A stretch of 64,000 nt of DNA from a virus. Positions 8,862 through 18,866 of the stretch are shown in pieces (positions within the stretch are counted from its first letter, which is position 1; each line of letters begins with the position of its first letter). The stretch lies in the IMG/VR virus record IMGVR_UViG_3300025886_000011, positions 10,357 to 74,356 of that record; one strand, given 5' to 3'. A model generated the notes under the pieces. The model had not been told where the DNA came from, made no database searches, and saw only the letters and a list, made by a program, of their open reading frames with translations. Position numbers and translations under genes: made by a program.

Positions 8862-9878
8862 ATGAAAGATAACGCGTTAGCAATAGGAATATCAAGCCTT
8901 GAGTTTACAAACATCTTATGTAGCTATTATCCTAAAGGAGTAAAAGAAAAGTTTGATATTTACCTATTTGTAGATGATAGTAAAATAGATTTAGATAAAC
9001 TACAAGGTATTTTTAAAGAGCATGATTTAGACATTTTTAAAAATGCAAAAATTATTATTTTAAATGACCTATATGATTACTATATAGAAAAACATGGATA
9101 TAAAGGTAAGGCGAGAGACTTCTTATTAAGCCATGGCTGTTTATTTAAAATCTTAATGCCTATATATCTAAAAGAAAAATTTGGAGTTAAGAGAACTCTT
9201 GTATCAGATGATGATGTATTCATTTTAAATGACATCAGCTATATGTGGGATGAGTACGAAGAGTTTGGTATTAAAAAAGAAAATTTATTCTATATTAGAA
9301 ATAAAGATAAGCATGAAGTAATGGCTGCCTTTAATGAAATATTTGAATCAGATTTTACTTTAGATGAAATGAATGCTCTTTCAATAAATGCAGGTAATAT
9401 AATTTATGGAGAAGATCCTAAATTAGAATATTACTTTGAAAGATTTATGAAGCACTCTTTTGTCCATCATCAGTATTTTAATTTTACCGGATATACCAGT
9501 TGGACTGTAGAACAAAGATTCCATCATTTTAATATTCATAGGTATTTATCAGAAGGGAGAAAGGTTAAATTTACAGAAAGTAAAGATTTAAGGTTAATGC
9601 AAAATAGAGATAAGATGATGAAAGCTGGTACGCCACCTGACAAATATCTTAAAGTAGTTGTACCATCAATTATTCATTATGCAATAGGAACCAAAAAACC
9701 TTTATGGTTAAATGATTTTTTGCCTGGACTAGAATGGAGGTATGGATTTGTATATGAAGCTAAGTACGAACTAAAAGGTATCCTATATAACAAATCATGG
9801 ACACCTCCACCTTTTAAAAGTGTACAGAAAACCGGATTTAATTTAAAATCAGATTTAAAAACAAATTCGGTGTTTTAG
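8862..9878 (+). CDS. GT8-like (GT-A) glycosyltransferase
   Basis: SDDDVFILNDI (DxD), INAG, EQ and IIHYAIGTKKPLW (GT8 H..g..KPW) motifs. Confidence 0.7.
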   Translation: MKDNALAIGISSLEFTNILCSYYPKGVKEKFDIYLFVDDSKIDLDKLQGIFKEHDLDIFKNAKIIILNDLYDYYIEKHGYKGKARDFLLSHGCLFKILMPIYLKEKFGVKRTLVSDDDVFILNDISYMWDEYEEFGIKKENLFYIRNKDKHEVMAAFNEIFESDFTLDEMNALSINAGNIIYGEDPKLEYYFERFMKHSFVHHQYFNFTGYTSWTVEQRFHHFNIHRYLSEGRKVKFTESKDLRLMQNRDKMMKAGTPPDKYLKVVVPSIIHYAIGTKKPLWLNDFLPGLEWRYGFVYEAKYELKGILYNKSWTPPPFKSVQKTGFNLKSDLKTNSVF

Positions 9879-9880
9879 CT

Positions 9881-9907
9881 TAAACTAAGTAACAATAATC
9901 AATATAA
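9881..9907 (+). promoter_or_regulatory. Middle-type promoter (clamp)
   Basis: TAAAC-N16-ATATAA(TAATAA). Confidence 0.7.
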
Positions 9908-9929
9908 TAATAAACAAATAATATTTTAA

Positions 9930-10679
9930 ATGGAAACAAAAATTAACAAAATTGACGGTTATGAATTAAGTTCATTCGTTCGCAAATTACTTCCAATTGA
10001 CAAATTCATTTTTATGAAAATCGCTAAAGAAGGTACTGTATCTTCTGTCTATTTTCCTGAGAGAGATGCCGTAAAATTGGTTAACACACCAACCTCTGAT
10101 ATCTTTGATGCTGACATTAAAGAACCAGTAAAGGTTAGTTTTTATAACGGTACTAAAGTTATTGATGCATTAAGTCATTTTAATGGAGATGTACAGGGTC
10201 GTATTAAATATACCGAGTATGATGGAGAATTAATGGCAAGTGATTTTATTTTAGAAAATGAAGATCTTCAAATTAATTTGGCATGTACAGATCCTTCATT
10301 ATCTTTTATGGAAATGAGCAAAGAAGAAACTGATAGAGCATTTGATGTTGAATCTAAAATGTTTGATTTTGATTTACTCACAACACATGTAGATAAAATG
10401 AAATCATTATTTAACCTTGATAAAGATGAGGATATCTTTACTCTTTACATTGGAGAGAAAGGAATCAATATCAAAGGTACTTCTTATGATGCTACATTAT
10501 GTCACTCTTATGATTCAAATGTAGAAAAAGGTGCTAAGGTTGTGATATACAAAAAGTATATTAATCTATTAGACAAAGAAAATTACAAGGTAAGTGTTTG
10601 TGAAAATAAAGTAGTATTTAAATCTCTTGATACTAATACACACTTAACTGTTGCTGTTGCTATAACAGACGAGGATTAA
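9930..10679 (+). CDS. gp45: Sliding clamp (gp45-like)
   Basis: 249 aa acidic alpha/beta protein with two-domain clamp-like pattern; replication context; middle-type promoter. Confidence 0.6.
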   Translation: METKINKIDGYELSSFVRKLLPIDKFIFMKIAKEGTVSSVYFPERDAVKLVNTPTSDIFDADIKEPVKVSFYNGTKVIDALSHFNGDVQGRIKYTEYDGELMASDFILENEDLQINLACTDPSLSFMEMSKEETDRAFDVESKMFDFDLLTTHVDKMKSLFNLDKDEDIFTLYIGEKGINIKGTSYDATLCHSYDSNVEKGAKVVIYKKYINLLDKENYKVSVCENKVVFKSLDTNTHLTVAVAITDED

Positions 10680-10692
10680 TACTACGTCGTTA

Positions 10693-11634
10693 ATGGAAAA
10701 AATTGACATTGTATTACAAGGACCTTATAATAATGATTTTGTTAATGAAATCGCATTACATTATTTAGCATTAGCCTTTGTCAATAATATAATTATTTCT
10801 CATCACACATCTGATACTAAAGAAAGACTATTACATAACAACATAAAATTCATCGCTACCGATAAAGTTAAACCTATCGGTAGTGGTAATGAAAATTTAC
10901 AAATAGTATCTTCTTTAGCAGGTATAAAAGCAACATCTACTAAGTTCATTGTAAAAATGAGAAATGATCAAAAGTATACATTAGATTCTATGAAGACAAT
11001 GTATGACTTTTATAATCAGAACTCTGAAAGAAAACTTTCTTTTACAAATGATGCATCTAAACCTTATAATAGAATATGTGTGGCAGGTAATTTTTCACAC
11101 TTACCTTTTCATCCTAGAGATCATATTTTTTGGGGAAATAAAAATGACCTAATTGATTTATTTAGTTTACCTTTAGATAATTATGATATTTACCAAAGGT
11201 TAGATAATCACGATGATGACATAGTTGATGTTATTAATAGGAAAGATGCTAATTGGATTTTAACTGATCCGCACCACTTACCTTCTGAAGTTGTAATGAA
11301 AAATAATTTATCATGGATATTTTATGAGCAGCCGCCAGAGGAAAATTATAGTATGCCGTTAATAAGAACTGAGGCAAGGATAGGTTTAAACTATATAGCT
11401 AAATTTAACCCAAAGGTGAATATGTTTTTATCTAATCCTAAAGAATATGTACACGATGGCGCTCCTAACTACCATGAAGCAGTAAACATAAGTACTGATT
11501 TAACACCTAAGATTTTTAAATCCTTCCCTAGGGCCGGTATTGATTTATCATGTCCAAAAAATAATTGGAGTAATTATCCATACGACCAGCAATATGAACA
11601 GTATGGCGAAAGATGGCATGAAAATAATGTTTAA
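10693..11634 (+). CDS. WavE-family LPS synthesis protein / GT-A-like
   Basis: DIVLQGP, NENLQIVSSLAGI, VKMRNDQ and FHPRDHIFWG motifs. Confidence 0.7.
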   Translation: MEKIDIVLQGPYNNDFVNEIALHYLALAFVNNIIISHHTSDTKERLLHNNIKFIATDKVKPIGSGNENLQIVSSLAGIKATSTKFIVKMRNDQKYTLDSMKTMYDFYNQNSERKLSFTNDASKPYNRICVAGNFSHLPFHPRDHIFWGNKNDLIDLFSLPLDNYDIYQRLDNHDDDIVDVINRKDANWILTDPHHLPSEVVMKNNLSWIFYEQPPEENYSMPLIRTEARIGLNYIAKFNPKVNMFLSNPKEYVHDGAPNYHEAVNISTDLTPKIFKSFPRAGIDLSCPKNNWSNYPYDQQYEQYGERWHENNV

Positions 11635-11659
11635 ACTAAGTATAAACTTTACCATATAA
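11632..11659 (+). promoter_or_regulatory. Middle-type promoter (PolB)
   Basis: TAAAC-N17-ATATAA(AAATAA). Confidence 0.7.
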
Positions 11660-11668
11660 AAATAAAAA

Positions 11669-12787
11669 ATGACAGAGGAATTACAAAAAATTAACGAGGA
11701 AGCTTCTAAATTTTACAATTATGAACAAGCTGTAAAATTAATGCTTAACTCTATTTATGGCGCATTTGGTAATCCTTACTTTTATTTCTTCAACGTTGAT
11801 ATTGCAGAAACTATTACACTCCAAGGTAAAGATGCAATTCTTTACACCGAAAACTTAGTTAACAAATATTTTAAAGAATATTGGCATAAAGATACTGCTG
11901 CCCACCAAGCTATGGGAATAACCGTAACTGGTAAAATTGAAAAACCTGTTGGTATTTATATTGACACGGATTCGGTATATGTAAAGTTTGAGGAACTAAT
12001 TAAAAAATCTGAAGGGTGGGAAGGTGATGAAAAAGAATTCATTTTAAAGTTATATGAAGTAAGGCTTAAAGCTTATATAGAAAAAATTCTACAAGTTTAT
12101 GCTGATAATAATAATGCAGAAAACTTTTTATCATTTGAATTAGAAAGTATTGCTAAGAATGCAATATGGTTGGCTAAGAAAAAATACATGCAGAATATTG
12201 TTTGGAAGGATCCGGATATTCATTATGACGATCTTTCTAAAATTAGTTCTAAAGGATTTGAAATTATACAGTCATCCACTCCAATTTTTGCTAGAGAAAA
12301 ACTAAAAGAATTGCTAACATATATATTTTCGGTTAGTGAATTAGATATGGGAGCCTTTGCTGCATTGCTTAAAGATATAAAAAGACAATTTAGATTAGCA
12401 AATGTTGATCAAATTTGTTTTTCACGAAAGGTTAATAATTATCAAAAGTACATTGTAAATGATTATGAACAATTTGAGATTGCATCAAAATGCCCAATCG
12501 GCGTAAGATCTGCAGGTTATCATAATTACCTTTTAAATAATTCTGGCCTTAAAGGAAAATATCAACCTTTAGGAAATGGCGAAAAATGTAAAATGTATTT
12601 TTCTACTGATAACTCGTGTGACGTGTTTGCATTTGCGCCTGGTGATTATCCTTATGAATTTGCCCCTAAGATTGATTATGATAGGCAATTTGAAAAAACT
12701 ATATTAGATCCTATTAATCGTGTAGTAACTGCGATGGGTTTTAAATCCTTTAATAGAAATCTGATTTATACAACAAGCTTATTTTAA
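11669..12787 (+). CDS. gp43B: Family B DNA polymerase, C-terminal subunit of a split gp43
   Basis: Motif B KLMLNSIYG, motif C YIDTDSVY and KKKY; exonuclease and motif A absent. Confidence 0.9.
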   Translation: MTEELQKINEEASKFYNYEQAVKLMLNSIYGAFGNPYFYFFNVDIAETITLQGKDAILYTENLVNKYFKEYWHKDTAAHQAMGITVTGKIEKPVGIYIDTDSVYVKFEELIKKSEGWEGDEKEFILKLYEVRLKAYIEKILQVYADNNNAENFLSFELESIAKNAIWLAKKKYMQNIVWKDPDIHYDDLSKISSKGFEIIQSSTPIFAREKLKELLTYIFSVSELDMGAFAALLKDIKRQFRLANVDQICFSRKVNNYQKYIVNDYEQFEIASKCPIGVRSAGYHNYLLNNSGLKGKYQPLGNGEKCKMYFSTDNSCDVFAFAPGDYPYEFAPKIDYDRQFEKTILDPINRVVTAMGFKSFNRNLIYTTSLF

Positions 12788-12803
12788 AAAAAATAATAAA
12801 ACG

Positions 12804-14426
12804 ATGGAAAAGAGATTAGAAAATCTAAATGAACAAACTGGTATAAAAAATATCTGTAAATTAGCACTTCAAGCCGGTGGTGATATTAGCCATCTTATTA
12901 TACCAACCGAAGAAACTGGTGGTGATGGATTAACCAACGGTACTATACTTAAAGTTAATGGTCAGTGGTTAATGAATATTAGAAGAGTTGCTTATGCGCT
13001 ATTTCATTCTGAGAATAATCAGAAGTTTCATTCTCCGTGGGGGCCACTTGTTTATTTTAATCCTGAGGATGATATTACATTAACTACCACTAATTACATG
13101 TGTGAGATAGATTCTGATAATTTAAAACTTAAAAAGTGGACAAAAACTGATACAAGTAAATTAGATGTTAAACCTATATGGGAATTCGTTGGACATGAAG
13201 ATGTTAGGTTAGCCCATTGGGATAACATTCTATATCAAACTGGAGTACGTAGAGATACCACACCTAACGGTGAAGGCCGCATGGAGCTCTCTACTATTGA
13301 AAAACGTGGATGCTGTGATTGGGTAGAAACTGAAAGACGGCGACTATCAACACCAGATGGTAAAACTCATGCAGAAGGTGGCAGTTACTGTGAAAAGAAT
13401 TGGATGCCTATTAATGATATGCCTTATCATTATGTTAAATGGTGTGTACCAACAGAAATAGTTAAAGTAAATCCTGCTGACGGTTCAGTTAAACAGATTG
13501 CTTTAGTAGATCAACCAAACTTTAATCCTCCTAGAGATATAAGAGGATCATCTAATGTAATTAAGTATAAAGATATGTGGGTTGCTATAATCCATGAATG
13601 TGATTTATGGTATGACATAGATAATAAAAAAGATGCAGTTTACCATCATAGAATATTATGCTGGGATAAGGATTGGAATTTAATTAAGACTAGTGAAACA
13701 TTTAATTTTATGACAGGTCAAATTGAATTTACTTGCGGCTTGGCATTAGATGGTGATAACTTCTTAATTCCGTTCGGTTTCCAGGACCATACTTCATTCT
13801 TATTAAAATTACCAACATCAGTATTTGATTTTTTAATTGAAGATGAGATTGTACATACTGAGATTGACAAAGATAACCATAGCGATACAGTTATTACTAG
13901 ATTTATTAAAGACCCTTATAATGGACAACGTGCATTTGACATGGCTGAATGGTATTTTAATAAAGGTCAATATGCTTCTGCATTAGGTTTTTATTCAAGA
14001 TGTGCTGAATATTCAGATGATGAAAATCTAATTTACCAATCAGTGTTTATGTTAGCTGGGTGTTTATCTGCAATGAAGCGTAGAGATAATGCTGAAGAAC
14101 TTATGTACCTAAAAGCAATTGAATTAGATAAAGATAGACCAGAAGCTTACTTGGCATTATCAAGATGGTACTCATGGAGAAATCAACCAAATAAAGCATA
14201 TAGTTTTGCAAGCATGGGTTGCCAATGTACCAAGAAAGATTTTAAAGTATCCCCTAGTTTAGGATATGACGAGAGTGAATTACAATTACAAAGAATTCTA
14301 TTTTCTAGCTTTGATGGCAAGTATGAAGAAAAGAAAAAAGTATTACAACAGGCAGTCAACGACGGTATAGATTATCCTTGGGTTAAGCACCATGCAAATA
14401 AGTGGAAGATAAAAAAGAATAATTAA
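12804..14426 (+). CDS. Beta-propeller glycosidase-like domain (GH130/DUF377-like) plus C-terminal TPR repeats
   Basis: GHEDVRL, CEKNWMP, RGSS, IEFTCGL and FGFQD blade motifs; helical A..YL.A...D.DRPEAY repeats. Confidence 0.6.
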   Translation: MEKRLENLNEQTGIKNICKLALQAGGDISHLIIPTEETGGDGLTNGTILKVNGQWLMNIRRVAYALFHSENNQKFHSPWGPLVYFNPEDDITLTTTNYMCEIDSDNLKLKKWTKTDTSKLDVKPIWEFVGHEDVRLAHWDNILYQTGVRRDTTPNGEGRMELSTIEKRGCCDWVETERRRLSTPDGKTHAEGGSYCEKNWMPINDMPYHYVKWCVPTEIVKVNPADGSVKQIALVDQPNFNPPRDIRGSSNVIKYKDMWVAIIHECDLWYDIDNKKDAVYHHRILCWDKDWNLIKTSETFNFMTGQIEFTCGLALDGDNFLIPFGFQDHTSFLLKLPTSVFDFLIEDEIVHTEIDKDNHSDTVITRFIKDPYNGQRAFDMAEWYFNKGQYASALGFYSRCAEYSDDENLIYQSVFMLAGCLSAMKRRDNAEELMYLKAIELDKDRPEAYLALSRWYSWRNQPNKAYSFASMGCQCTKKDFKVSPSLGYDESELQLQRILFSSFDGKYEEKKKVLQQAVNDGIDYPWVKHHANKWKIKKNN

Positions 14427-14450
14427 ACAAACCTTATATTTTCTATATAA
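14424..14450 (+). promoter_or_regulatory. Middle-type promoter (uvsX)
   Basis: TAAAC-N16-ATATAA(TAATAA). Confidence 0.7.
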
Positions 14451-14469
14451 TAATAAAATAAAAACAAAT

Positions 14470-15666
14470 ATGGCAAAAGAATTTTCATTCGCAGATTTAA
14501 ACAAGGAAATGTCTAAACACTCCACATACGGAGAGACTTTAGATAAATCAACTATCTCAGAGATAGATCACTATATACCAACAGGTAATTGGCATCTTAA
14601 CGCTTGTTTAACAGGTTCTTTATTTGGAGGTTATCCTAATAATAGAGCAGTTGCATTAGCTGGGCCTTCTGGTACGGGTAAAACTTATCTTATCTTAAAT
14701 GCAATTAAACAAGCCCAACAACAAGGCTATAGTATTGTATTTTATGATTCTGAAAATGCTGTAGATAAAGCACTAGTTGAAAAATTTGGAATTGATCCAA
14801 CAAAATTTCGTTATGAGCCATGTAATACGGTTCAAGAGTTTAGAACTTCAGTAACTGCTATTACTGATGTATTAGTTGAACAAAAGGCAAAAGGAATTAC
14901 TTTACCTAAAATTATGGTGGTATTAGATTCTGCAGGTAACTTGGCAACTCAAAAAGAAATTGATGATGCTAAGACTGGGAGTTCTAAAGCTGATATGACA
15001 AGAGCTAAATTGCTAAAATCTACCTTTAGAATTATTATGACGCAATTCGGTATTTGTAAAATTCCTTTCTTATTTACAAATCATACTTACCAAACACAAG
15101 ATCTTTTCTCAAGGCAAGTAGGTGGTGGTGGAACTGGTCCAGAATACGCAGCTTCTATTATTCTATTCTTAGGCAAAGCTAAACTTAAAGAAGGTATAGA
15201 ACAAACTGGAATTATTGTAACCGCTAAACCAAATAAAAATAGATTTGCAAAACCTACAAATATTAAATTCCATATTTCCTTTAATAAAGGTATGAATCCT
15301 TATATCGGTTTAGAGGAATATATTAGCTGGGATACCTGTGGAGTTGAAAGAGGAAGGTTTATAAATGAAAATGCATTCAATAAATTAACTGATATAGGTA
15401 AGGCTGAGTGTAGAGAGCATTCTTTTACAAAAGATAAAAAAGAAGTTACCTGGTATTTTCAACCTGCTGCAACTGCAAGAAAGATTTGTGTTAAACATCT
15501 AAATGATACCGTTGACCTTAATCAATTATTTACACCGCAAGTAATGACCGATGATGTGTTAAAAGCATTAGAACCAATCGTTGCCGCTAAATTTAAATAT
15601 GGTGAAGAACTTGATGTTGAAAATTTAACCGAAATGCTAGAAGCTGATGTTACCGAAAAATCTTAA
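14470..15666 (+). CDS. uvsX: RecA-like recombinase UvsX
   Basis: Walker A GPSGTGKT, FYDSE, VLDSAGNL, FTNHTY, GGGTG. Confidence 0.93.
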   Translation: MAKEFSFADLNKEMSKHSTYGETLDKSTISEIDHYIPTGNWHLNACLTGSLFGGYPNNRAVALAGPSGTGKTYLILNAIKQAQQQGYSIVFYDSENAVDKALVEKFGIDPTKFRYEPCNTVQEFRTSVTAITDVLVEQKAKGITLPKIMVVLDSAGNLATQKEIDDAKTGSSKADMTRAKLLKSTFRIIMTQFGICKIPFLFTNHTYQTQDLFSRQVGGGGTGPEYAASIILFLGKAKLKEGIEQTGIIVTAKPNKNRFAKPTNIKFHISFNKGMNPYIGLEEYISWDTCGVERGRFINENAFNKLTDIGKAECREHSFTKDKKEVTWYFQPAATARKICVKHLNDTVDLNQLFTPQVMTDDVLKALEPIVAAKFKYGEELDVENLTEMLEADVTEKS

Positions 15667-15946
15667 TACTGCAAAACTTAAAGTAAAGCACGTATTAGGA
15701 AATCATACAACCTTGTCCAACTATCCAGACGCTGAGGATATTATATATGAACTAATACGAGATTATTGTGGAAAAGTTGCAAAGGAAATTAAATTTACTA
15801 ATGTATCCTTAAAGAAAAAGTATAGCCTAGATGATGAAAAGGCTAATTCTATAATTATGCAACTTAGAAACGATAAGATAATTAAAGTATCATTATCTAA
15901 TTCTGCTTATACCACATATGAAGTTATTACAAACCCATATGAGTAA
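15647..15946 (+). CDS. Hypothetical protein, possible winged helix
   Basis: 99 aa ORF overlapping the uvsX end; helix-turn-helix plus beta-hairpin pattern. Confidence 0.5.
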   Translation: MLPKNLNTAKLKVKHVLGNHTTLSNYPDAEDIIYELIRDYCGKVAKEIKFTNVSLKKKYSLDDEKANSIIMQLRNDKIIKVSLSNSAYTTYEVITNPYE

Positions 15947-15971
15947 ACTAAATATAGTTTTTGCTATATAA
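15944..15971 (+). promoter_or_regulatory. Middle-type promoter (helicase)
   Basis: TAAAC-N17-ATATAA(AAATAA). Confidence 0.7.
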
Positions 15972-15982
15972 AAATAAACAAG

Positions 15983-17266
15983 ATGAACTCAAGTACAGAC
16001 CACGAAAAAATATTTTTTAATTATTTTCTTAAGAAGCCACATTATCTAAAAAGTACTGGTCCAGGATTCTTTTCAAACAATGATTTAGATCATATAGCAA
16101 AATTATCAAAAAAGTTTTATACTGATTTTGGTGAAAGTCCTTCAAGAGAACAAATGAAGGCACTCATTAAAGATGATTCTAATGAAATTCCTGTAAATAT
16201 AGTATCCAGTATTTATGATATTAATATTAATGAATATGACCAAGATTGGTTAAAGAGAACTGGTGAAGCATGGGTTAAATGGAAACACTTTGATAAACAA
16301 TTAGTAAGAACTATTGAATATGTAAAGACTCAAGATGTTTCCCCAGAGAATGTCGAAGATGTAGTAACTCGCGCAATCGGTATGATCTCAACAGAAGGAT
16401 CCTTAAACTTTGATACTGATATTGGATTAGACTTTTTTAAACCAGAAGATCACGTACAAAGAACATCAAAGAAAATTGAAACAGGATGGTCTTTTGTAGA
16501 TAATGTATCAGGCGGTGGATATGATACAAAATCTTTAATAGTTTATGCAGGAGAACAGAACATTGGTAAATCTATATGGTTAGCCAATGATGCTGCAAAC
16601 TTTGTTAGGATGGGTCATAATGTTGTTTTTATAACAGCGGAGATGTCAGCACAAAAGGTATTAAAAAGAATAGGTGCAAATCTTCTTCAAATTCCTATGC
16701 CACAATATGATGAGAAAACTGGCAATAGAGATTTTATGAAAAGGCGTTTAGAGAAAATATCTCGAGGCCTACTACCACCTGGTAAACTTTTTGTAAAAGA
16801 AATGCCAACTTCACAAGGTACTGTTTTAGATATAGAAGCATACTTAAAAGATTTAGAAGAAGTACAAGATCATAAAGTAAATGTATTAGTTGTTGATTAT
16901 ATTAACATTCTTGCAAATTATAGAAATCCTAATACTGAAAATACTTATATGAAAATAAAACAAATTGCTGAAGATCTCAGGGCATTAGCCGTTAAGAGAG
17001 ATATGTTAGTAATTTCAGCCACACAGATTAACCGTGGTGCATGGGATGCTACGGAAGTAAGAATGGAAAACATTGCAGAATCTGCTGGTCTTGCGCATAC
17101 TGCTGATGTTATGTATGCACTTATTCAAGATTCTATGATGCATGCAAATAGAGAATACTGGTTAAAGGTATTAAAAATTAGAGATGGTCAAGGTAAAGGT
17201 ACTCGATGCCGGTTTAATATTGATTACGATCATATGAGACTTACTGAGACTGATGATATAAATTAA
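15983..17266 (+). CDS. gp41: Replicative DnaB-like helicase
   Basis: AGEQNIGKS, FITAEMS, VVDYINIL, SATQINR, ESAGL, KIRDG. Confidence 0.93.
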   Translation: MNSSTDHEKIFFNYFLKKPHYLKSTGPGFFSNNDLDHIAKLSKKFYTDFGESPSREQMKALIKDDSNEIPVNIVSSIYDININEYDQDWLKRTGEAWVKWKHFDKQLVRTIEYVKTQDVSPENVEDVVTRAIGMISTEGSLNFDTDIGLDFFKPEDHVQRTSKKIETGWSFVDNVSGGGYDTKSLIVYAGEQNIGKSIWLANDAANFVRMGHNVVFITAEMSAQKVLKRIGANLLQIPMPQYDEKTGNRDFMKRRLEKISRGLLPPGKLFVKEMPTSQGTVLDIEAYLKDLEEVQDHKVNVLVVDYINILANYRNPNTENTYMKIKQIAEDLRALAVKRDMLVISATQINRGAWDATEVRMENIAESAGLAHTADVMYALIQDSMMHANREYWLKVLKIRDGQGKGTRCRFNIDYDHMRLTETDDIN

Positions 17267-17281
17267 AATAAAAAAATATAT

Positions 17282-17779
17282 ATGTGGGGCAAAAAGAAAA
17301 AACCAAAATTAGACGAGAATGGAAAACCTATTCCAGTTAAGTTAGCCGATAAAGATAAAATCTTTAACAATACATACGGTGACCAAGATGTAACCGAGAA
17401 TAAAGTAAACTTTACTGTTGCCGCTACTTATGGTGATAGTATGGATCCGGATGATAGGATGCATTATGAATTGTTAATTAAAAAGATTGATAAGATTATT
17501 AAAGGTAGTGAATATGAACACTTAAATGAAGCAACACCAGAAGGTGTTATTAAAAAATTAAACAAGGTTCAAATCAACAGAGTATATTCTTTCGTAATAG
17601 AAAATTTAGGTGACGGATATACAAGGGTAGATTTATTTAGTGTCATATCAGATTACTTTGATGTATTTCCTAATAAATTTTATAATTCACTTTCCAATAA
17701 ATTTAAGGATGAACTTATTAAAGAATTAGACGATAAGTATAATATCCTTGAAAAAAGGAAAATCAGAAAATTATTTTAA
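17282..17779 (+). CDS. Hypothetical protein, C-terminus resembling the gp33 late-transcription co-activator
   Basis: VDLFSVISDYFDVFPNKFYNSLSNKFKDELIKELDDKYNIL resembles the gp33 helical core by eye only. Confidence 0.4.
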   Translation: MWGKKKKPKLDENGKPIPVKLADKDKIFNNTYGDQDVTENKVNFTVAATYGDSMDPDDRMHYELLIKKIDKIIKGSEYEHLNEATPEGVIKKLNKVQINRVYSFVIENLGDGYTRVDLFSVISDYFDVFPNKFYNSLSNKFKDELIKELDDKYNILEKRKIRKLF

Positions 17780-17780
17780 T

Positions 17781-18866
17781 ATGGCAAGAGTATGGATGGT
17801 AAGTGATTCTCATTTAGGATGTAGGTCAAATTCTGTATTATGGTTAAGCATTATCGAAGATTACTTTTTTGAATTTTTTATACCTCTAGTTAAAAAGGAA
17901 TATAAAGAAGGTGATGTTCTTTATCATTTAGGAGATGTGTTTGATAATCGTCAGAGTGTTAATTTAGCTGCACAGGATTTAGCAATAAGAGTGTTTGAAG
18001 AATTAGGTAAAATATTTCCAGATATACATATCATAGTTGGTAATCATGATATTATGAGAAAGAACTCCAATGATATAGCATCTGTTGATTGTTTAAAATA
18101 TTTACCTAATGTTACTGTTCATAAGCAGCCTAAGATTTTAAAGTATGGTGATGCTAAATGTTTACTTATGCCTTGGCGCAGAGACCATGCTCATGAAAAG
18201 GAAACTTTAGATTCTATTAAAGAAAACATTGATTATATGTTTTGTCATACTGAAACACGAGGTGTACAAACTTCTCCTAGCACAAAACATTTACATGAAG
18301 GTGGTAATGACGTAGGAATATTTAAAAGATTTAAAAGAGTTTACTCTGGTCATATTCATTATAGACAAGATAAACAAAACTTTGTGCTTGTAGGTAACCC
18401 TTACCAAATGACAAGATCTGATAGAGGAAACCAAAAAGGTATTTATGTATTAGATTTAGAGACAGGTAAGCATGAATTCTTTATGAATAAGAGGAGTCCA
18501 GAATTTATAAGGTATTATATTAATGATATCTTAGAGATGCGTATGGAGGATATAAAGAAAGAAATAAAGGATAATTTTGTAGATGTTTTTATACCATCAA
18601 ATGTACTAGGTAAATATAACATTAATATGTTTATGGATTATTTAGATGGTGTTGCTAGAAAATTAGAACCTAGGATTTATGATGAAGAAAATCCTTATGA
18701 TAGAGAAGATGGCGAAATGTCTGATTTTAATGGAGAACTAAACTTAATGAATATTGCAGCAGAATATATTAATTCTTTAGAATATGAAGAAGATTTAAAA
18801 GAAAGGCTAAAGGCATCAGTGCAGGATTTATATAAAAGAACATTATCACCTAACTATGAAGATTAA
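17781..18866 (+). CDS. gp47: Mre11/SbcD-like recombination nuclease
   Basis: SDSHLG, LGDVFD, GNHD, SGHIH motifs; start moved to ATG 17781. Confidence 0.92.
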   Translation: MARVWMVSDSHLGCRSNSVLWLSIIEDYFFEFFIPLVKKEYKEGDVLYHLGDVFDNRQSVNLAAQDLAIRVFEELGKIFPDIHIIVGNHDIMRKNSNDIASVDCLKYLPNVTVHKQPKILKYGDAKCLLMPWRRDHAHEKETLDSIKENIDYMFCHTETRGVQTSPSTKHLHEGGNDVGIFKRFKRVYSGHIHYRQDKQNFVLVGNPYQMTRSDRGNQKGIYVLDLETGKHEFFMNKRSPEFIRYYINDILEMRMEDIKKEIKDNFVDVFIPSNVLGKYNINMFMDYLDGVARKLEPRIYDEENPYDREDGEMSDFNGELNLMNIAAEYINSLEYEEDLKERLKASVQDLYKRTLSPNYED

